Of a stretch of DNA of 18,719 bases, positions 16,101-18,719 are shown in pieces; the first letter of the stretch is position 1; each line of letters begins with the position of its first letter. Source of the DNA: Verrucomicrobiota bacterium. Lineage in GTDB: Bacteria; Verrucomicrobiota; Verrucomicrobiia; Chthoniobacterales; UBA6821. The notes under the pieces are model-generated. The model worked only from the letters and a program-made list of their open reading frames with translations, searched no databases and was not told the origin of the DNA. The DNA is taken from positions 1-18,719 of the forward strand of contig WBXG01000034.1 of NCBI GenBank assembly GCA_008932965.1, read 5' to 3'. Position numbers and translations under genes: made by a program.

Positions 16101-18719
16101 TTGATAATTTTTATTTATTTCGTCATTGCAATTATAGAGCATGAGGAAGGAAATGTTTTTTCCAGGAGTGGTAGCAATCGCTTTTTCAGGAGTCCAGCCC
16201 TGAGCAATATCGAGTAGTCGCACTGTGGAAATAGCACTCTTTTGATTAAAAAACTCATTAATAATGCGATGTTCTTGAGAAGAGGCTTCTAGGAGAAGAA
16301 GCTTTTGACAATCTAACATTACTGCTGGAGATGCTCCCGATTCACTATGAAAACTATTGTTACCAATACTGACATCTTTGTGAAAAAACATATCTACTCG
16401 TGGATAGACCAAATTAAAATCGAGCTTCCCTTTGTTCATAGTGGTGACAGGTGAACCATTGGCATTCCGTTCAGGGCTTAATTTTGCTAGTCCCTCAGAT
16501 CGTGTGGTAACAATATGATTTTTTGTCAGATTTTCTAATTCTTGTTGAAATTGGCTGCAGTAGCCGTAGTAATATTTACCCATGAGCTGGAGAATCTGTC
16601 CTGTGGCTATTTCGGGATCAATAGGAAATTGAGGATCTGCTTTGCGTTGATTTTCATAATAAACATATTTTTGCCATTCAAAGTCCTTCATCTTTTCGCT
16701 CACGCGTCCATAGTTAAGCGCCAAAGCAGCCATATCTCCTTTTTGTAATGGCCGCTCTTGAGTGATAGCAATGCTTTCATTAACGCCAGGAAATTGGTTG
16801 AAGTAAGTCATTTTTGTCAGATCTACCTGTTGGTGGTGCTTTGTGATGATTTGGTAGGAAAGATAATTATCACTTGGAGTAAGAGTCGCACTGATTTTTT
16901 GAGGAGTTAACAAACTACCTGTGTCCGGGTTCGTACCCTGATTGAATGTATGCGAGGTGCTTTCTTTGTTTCCTGAGCCACTATCGTAGGCTTCTAGAGA
17001 CAGTGTTATCGTGTAGTTTGCTGTCCCTGGAATAATTTGATGGGAAAGTAAAAGCCGTCGATCGTGCAGATCGGCAAAATGCATGGTACCTGTTTGTAGT
17101 AAGAGTGGATTAGTAGTGTCACTAGCTCCCTTGCCATTGCGATTACTAAAAACTTTGATTTCAATGGTATCAAACATTTTTTCATCCAATGTAGAAACAA
17201 CATTACTACTAGTAATGAGTGGGGTTTGCCAAGGCCGTGGAAAGTCGTTCCAGCTGGCGTAATCATGGAATTGATTTGCAAATTTAATTCCCACATCATC
17301 CAGATTGAGATTGTTTTTTTTGAGCTGCTCTTCTGCATAAAGTGGGAAAAGCGTTCCTGGATTATCTTCGCTTAAAATATCAGGATCATTTGTGTTCCAG
17401 GGGTTGCGAATGACAGGGTCGTTATAGAGATATTTTAAAATCCACTTGGTTGCTGTGTTATAATCATTTGGAAAATAGTTCCAAAGGTCTCGTCCTTCGA
17501 TCACTTTTGTATCTTTAATCCATGGAAAAAGATGAATCCATTTTCCATCTATATAAGCTGTTACCCATGGGTAGTTTACTGGAATAAGTTCAGGCACTGG
17601 TACCGGTCCCAGGAATGTCATTGTTCCTCGAAGCTGCGTGTGAAGCATCTTGCTGAGCTGTTCATCGAACATGAGTGTTTTATCATGCTCAGGAAAAACG
17701 TAAGCAGCAGGGACTCCAGCTTTGCGAAGTAAATAAATCAAGAGCCCACATTGCTCGATAGGCGATCCTTGACCTTCCATGTAGGTTGCCAAGGCGTCAC
17801 GCATGATTCCTTGGGAATTAATCGAAAAAGGGGAGCTATTTTCCGTCGTGTTAAATCCGACTGCATCGGTAAGTTCAATTTCGTTTTGAACATAGTTAGC
17901 AAGTGCCAATGGGTCTTTTCCTTTTTCCTCAATAAGTTTGTCGAGTTCAGGATGAGTTTTAACCTCGGGACTAGTGTCAACTTTTGTATATTGATCTGGC
18001 TTAAGGGAGATTAAATTATCTTGAACTGGCTTGGAATGGTGAATGAGCTCATCCACGCTTTTTCCCTCAAACTCACTAGGAAGAGCTTTTCCTTGAAAAT
18101 GGGGTAGTGTCAGTAAGGTCGTACTCCAGGGAGCTAGATCGTCGAAATCGAGTGTATAACTCAAATTACAAGCAGAGCCACTCTTATCCTCTTCTTGAGC
18201 CATATCTACTATTTGACCATTAAGTAAAACTATTCCTTTCATGCTTACTTTATAAAAAAAGTTAGCGTTGTCTGCTTTGCAGGTAATCAATAAAGGATAT
18301 AATGTCTCCTGTCCCCAGATATCAGATGATAATGCTGCAGCCACATATTGAAGTTGCATTTCAAAATGCAGAGGCTTCCCATTAATGGTTTCTGCAATGG
18401 TAAATGTTTTGGAAGTAGCATGTTTCATAAGATTTTCCCATTCATTTACTTTAGGCAAGGAATAAGGGACAACAAACACACTCTTAACATTAGTATTTCC
18501 GTTTACAAAACTCTCTTTATCGTAAACTTCTATTTGCATGTCGATATTCCCTATTTTAGTAAAATCTTCTCCTCCTGACGCAATAGCAAACGAGTAAGAT
18601 TGCTTTGGATAAAGAGGTGTTCCTCCACTACTACTTCCAAAGGCAACAAAAGGAGGTTGGTCTCCAATCGCAGTCGAGTTAATTTTAGGAAGGGTATTAA
18701 CCAGAGCATAACTTATTAC
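10191..18719 (-). CDS. giant Rhs/YD-repeat polymorphic toxin, partial (N-terminus beyond the right window edge)
   Basis: The ORF track gives 2782 aa from ATG 18539. My translation of 18540-18719 in the same frame has no stop (VISYALVNTLPKINSTAIGDQPPFVAFGSSSGGTPLYPKQSYSFAIASGGEDFTKIGNID-MQIEV...), so at least 2842 codons are visible. There are dozens of YD repeats (YSYDKEGNL, FTYDNQGNL, YGYDLLGNC, YRYDLAGRL, YEYDDHGRL...). The Rhs N-terminal plug motif DPVSVVNGEFYVNALDLQLNGPMPLELRRTYGS and the core end GARYYEPKSGRFLSPDPLG...YDYCNGDPVNGLDSDGR are both present. Confidence 0.95.
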   Translation of the reverse strand, partial: VISYALVNTLPKINSTAIGDQPPFVAFGSSSGGTPLYPKQSYSFAIASGGEDFTKIGNIDMQIEVYDKESFVNGNTNVKSVFVVPYSLPKVNEWENLMKHATSKTFTIAETINGKPLHFEMQLQYVAAALSSDIWGQETLYPLLITCKADNANFFYKVSMKGIVLLNGQIVDMAQEEDKSGSACNLSYTLDFDDLAPWSTTLLTLPHFQGKALPSEFEGKSVDELIHHSKPVQDNLISLKPDQYTKVDTSPEVKTHPELDKLIEEKGKDPLALANYVQNEIELTDAVGFNTTENSSPFSINSQGIMRDALATYMEGQGSPIEQCGLLIYLLRKAGVPAAYVFPEHDKTLMFDEQLSKMLHTQLRGTMTFLGPVPVPELIPVNYPWVTAYIDGKWIHLFPWIKDTKVIEGRDLWNYFPNDYNTATKWILKYLYNDPVIRNPWNTNDPDILSEDNPGTLFPLYAEEQLKKNNLNLDDVGIKFANQFHDYASWNDFPRPWQTPLITSSNVVSTLDEKMFDTIEIKVFSNRNGKGASDTTNPLLLQTGTMHFADLHDRRLLLSHQIIPGTANYTITLSLEAYDSGSGNKESTSHTFNQGTNPDTGSLLTPQKISATLTPSDNYLSYQIITKHHQQVDLTKMTYFNQFPGVNESIAITQERPLQKGDMAALALNYGRVSEKMKDFEWQKYVYYENQRKADPQFPIDPEIATGQILQLMGKYYYGYCSQFQQELENLTKNHIVTTRSEGLAKLSPERNANGSPVTTMNKGKLDFNLVYPRVDMFFHKDVSIGNNSFHSESGASPAVMLDCQKLLLLEASSQEHRIINEFFNQKSAISTVRLLDIAQGWTPEKAIATTPGKNISFLMLYNCNDEINKNYQISSNLNTITASLAAWAIRYGLFQAILDLFVRPGTQEADAGKKTNIAIINQTPVTAPGQQGKPYTGMGAFTISQDSIGALISDSHSIDNGGYGGSTTPISSFNPDENNDFNKQLNDLNKQLNDWIYKVQMDQALKQIQNQYKGGDPTSNTNSPATPPSSTTPPTQPGSGTNIPNQQPFTPLPPPSNTTPPTQPGSGTNIPNQQPSTPLPPAQIAILKKEVANIGFIGTPSYYGKLLSYVMDPVSVVNGEFYVNALDLQLNGPMPLELRRTYGSQNLSDNNLGGGWKLGTFPYLMLSADGNETTPASMIYAAEMDGSVIAYHYNADQKNWKPLASDNPDLINANDGTPGPSQNLFNNVISKTADGSYILKGSNGNIRTFATKSFPVLGSPEITRTRPYLDSWRDNQGNSYTFTYGTNNKANDYGQLSAVTSNNGNNIHFHYDVYAHIIEAFSNDGRRLLYSYDKEGNLVKVTLPDNSVITYRYQKGTHLLTQETNPNGRILQNSYDAERRVVTQASTVGVSPTPTTSATFTYNVTYTNSDNTINGTTSVKDASGNITTYTIAGSQISKITYPATGSGINPTTTQEWITQTWSKDVIVRVLNSSTNKRGLVTNFTYDNQGNLTSRALSGKITGSGSNEIAKTTLTYNGNNIVTSITDPVGNSTSYSYSDSSHPFNPTSIVKTSDGKTVSSTILNYGNFGLPTLVSIDGSSTSTSYDTHGFLTSITKSTGSKDPEVKTTITTNRRGEIVSETDSRGILKKYSYDAFGRRTFEETFGTDNKPVDWHGWYYNWNGELEWEQGARFNPVDYTYYDYDRGGHLLHKGTWLSAASTDGKGVTSNGIAATEYGYDLLGNCTSITDPNGHKTTMTYDTLSNMLSRSLGDGAASESFTYEPGGNVATHTTILGGSENYNYNALGQILSASHADGTTSSYRYDLAGRLVQETLPNGTICKTTYQGNSITRTFTDTSGKNLGSTSESHDGRGNLTSKTDLAGSTWNYSYDGLSRVKSEAGPLSEKSYLYKPGCISWVNGKGEWQNTFLDGIGRVVLTTLFNADGSVAYNESNQYSGDHQSVTTTLGTGSNAITTTTYTNLQGHPLLITHPNGAFQMNAYDPNGNLYWSRDESGLQRHWIYNALNQIETEVLPYGDSGSNSSVTYERNPAGEILKRTMPEGLIETHSYDKAGQKVSDALVGSTGSNPSTTRNHTYAYAHGLLSSITDPRGFTTSLSYDGWGHPTSINSSGSKIPEQNQNTTYTYDPRGLLTSVAQGYTTTSTGPSTLVSREYDPEGHLTSESTSLNGEVISSWSQTWDTSGNRTELKWNHDTKGPDYHFSYNALGLLTGSESLLGTCSYAYGDHGLLLTKQTPSGSTELTRDGFGNITRTKLPDASTENLSWRSDHKLTSYSIVGTQNETRNYEYDDHGRLIQEPFTLMESANPSVFPIGTHTAHYAFDDLGVRVSSSVSPTGLNLEGSTGDVIQAKNSFDQPTRDTDYSSGWYYYPWNIGYDGLGEVTSRSIEKSTTQSLTWDSFGRLVRVEKRNEKNQGYNWTTIYDGFGRRLQTHYSDATGTQESSTPLKLTYYYDPEYEFLELGHDNFGRTWNLFGPDRSGTYGGAQGIGGLEATLLEASGQVHGVVNNFFGDALGITTDVGFSPWGNVLGGYGAMPGSSVNADLVPQWRGRYLDWTGFYSLGARYYEPKSGRFLSPDPLGHDASLSLYDYCNGDPVNGLDSDGRCVEKGRELGLLSDMEYQNATNIVHDMNNPSLSLKNILFTILGMELSYVDGDLNNPDFLKDRNQALQETSNQDRIMSINGIFTKALRAQKNAYSIATSLGLDKHAVLRINNYGSGWKDIPRAFYEQLGFIDLRSLYFADIVNHNNGGKAFAYSNGSVVVNNASPYMTPSAKAHFEYIGLNPQRYMEKDEVGFKSVTNVRNRFDLISILFPSSHFKKWDSTLETDNYFFDVLGNHSFQRNLPFLIQH
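10194..10928 (-). other. C-terminal variable toxin tip (245 aa) of the Rhs protein, function unassigned
   Basis: This is everything after the ...DPVNGLDSDGR core-end motif (CVEKGRELG...FLIQH). It has lower GC than the YD core. Motifs IMSINGI, LRINNYGSG, AFAYSNGS, RFDLIS and GNHSF occur in Ser-Asp-His order. Confidence 0.6.
10929..15383 (-). other. Rhs shell: N-terminal plug motif, YD-repeat array and Rhs repeat-associated core domain
   Basis: The region starts with DPVSVVNGEF (D codon at 15381-15383). It ends with WRGRYLDWTGFYSLGARYYEPKSGRFLSPDPLGHDASLSLYDYCNGDPVNGLDSDGR (R codon at 10929-10931). Confidence 0.85.
15475..15640 (-). repeat. 81-bp tandem duplication (2 copies, 79/81 identical, plus 4 nt of a third) encoding a Pro/Thr-rich linker
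   Basis: Copy 1 (15475-15555) and copy 2 (15556-15636) differ at two positions. They are in frame (27 aa each), encoding TPPTQPGSGTNIPNQQP(F/S)TPLPP... Confidence 0.9.
15735..15783 (-). repeat. 21-bp tandem repeat (about 2.3 copies) encoding NDFNKQL-NDLNKQL-NDW
   Basis: ATCATTAAGTTGTTTGTTAAG at 15735-15755 and ATCATTAAGTTGTTTGTTAAA at 15756-15776, then ATCATTG. In frame with 7-aa units. Confidence 0.85.
17511..17915 (-). other. transglutaminase-like (papain-fold) segment in the N-terminal module of the Rhs protein
   Basis: DPLALANYVQNEIELTD ... MRDALATYMEGQGSPIEQCGLLIYLLRKAGVPAAYVF ... NYPWVTAYIDGKWIHLFPWIKD matches the transglutaminase-core layout (G-x-C...LLRA-GIPAR ... HAWxEVY-x-GxW-DPT). 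The Cys codon is at 17748-17750. Tyr and Phe sit where His and Asp are expected. Confidence 0.5.

Noticed and set aside
11852-17338. Numerous 60-130-aa ORFs nested inside the rhs gene on either strand or in other frames (for example 11852-12247, 12489-12761, 13524-13841, 14253-14606, 15856-16059, 17006-17338).
   Set aside because: All are fully embedded in the 8.5-kb rhs reading frame, which has unmistakable YD-repeat protein signal. Their translations are low-complexity mirror products of the repeat codons with no motifs or ribosome-binding sites.
18537-18539. ATG at 18539 as the true start of the Rhs protein (it even has AGGGAA 7 nt upstream).
   Set aside because: The same frame stays open for all 60 codons up to the window edge and encodes protein-like sequence. 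Chance absence of stops over 60 codons in DNA of this composition is unlikely, so I treat the gene as 5'-partial. An internal start cannot be strictly excluded.
18348-18578. + strand 76-aa ORF at the right end.
   Set aside because: It is antisense to the rhs frame, has an AT-rich low-complexity translation, and has no supporting signals.

Overview
This is a bacterial chromosomal window of roughly 43-45% GC by eye. The taxon cannot be assigned from sequence alone, although the cmk-plsC adjacency and overall gene content resemble PVC/Chlamydiae-type genomes. Positions 1-9387 carry mostly + strand housekeeping genes. These are an FGE-sulfatase-fold protein, cmk, plsC, a tightly packed ABC ATPase / ABC-2 permease / queF / queC block, one - strand TPR-like gene, purC, a XerC/D-type recombinase and fabI. 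Positions 9634-18719 on the - strand hold the accessory part, a two-gene polymorphic-toxin module. Its first gene is a giant Rhs/YD-repeat ORF with at least 2842 codons visible. The frame is still open at the right window edge, so the N-terminus is missing. Its modules, in order, are an N-terminal region with a transglutaminase-like segment, a Pro/Thr-rich linker carrying near-perfect tandem DNA repeats, about 1485 aa of YD-repeat shell, a canonical Rhs core end, and a 245-aa lower-GC C-terminal tip of unassigned function. I read the tip as a possible alpha/beta-hydrolase-like toxin. Seventeen nt downstream lies a 179-aa lipoprotein gene, the obvious immunity candidate. No T6SS, PAAR, VgrG or Tc partner genes, tRNA or rRNA genes, CRISPR arrays or IS elements are visible. 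Six ORF-track starts are TTG/GTG codons that probably over-extend the real genes. All functional calls rest on motif reading by eye; no searches were run.
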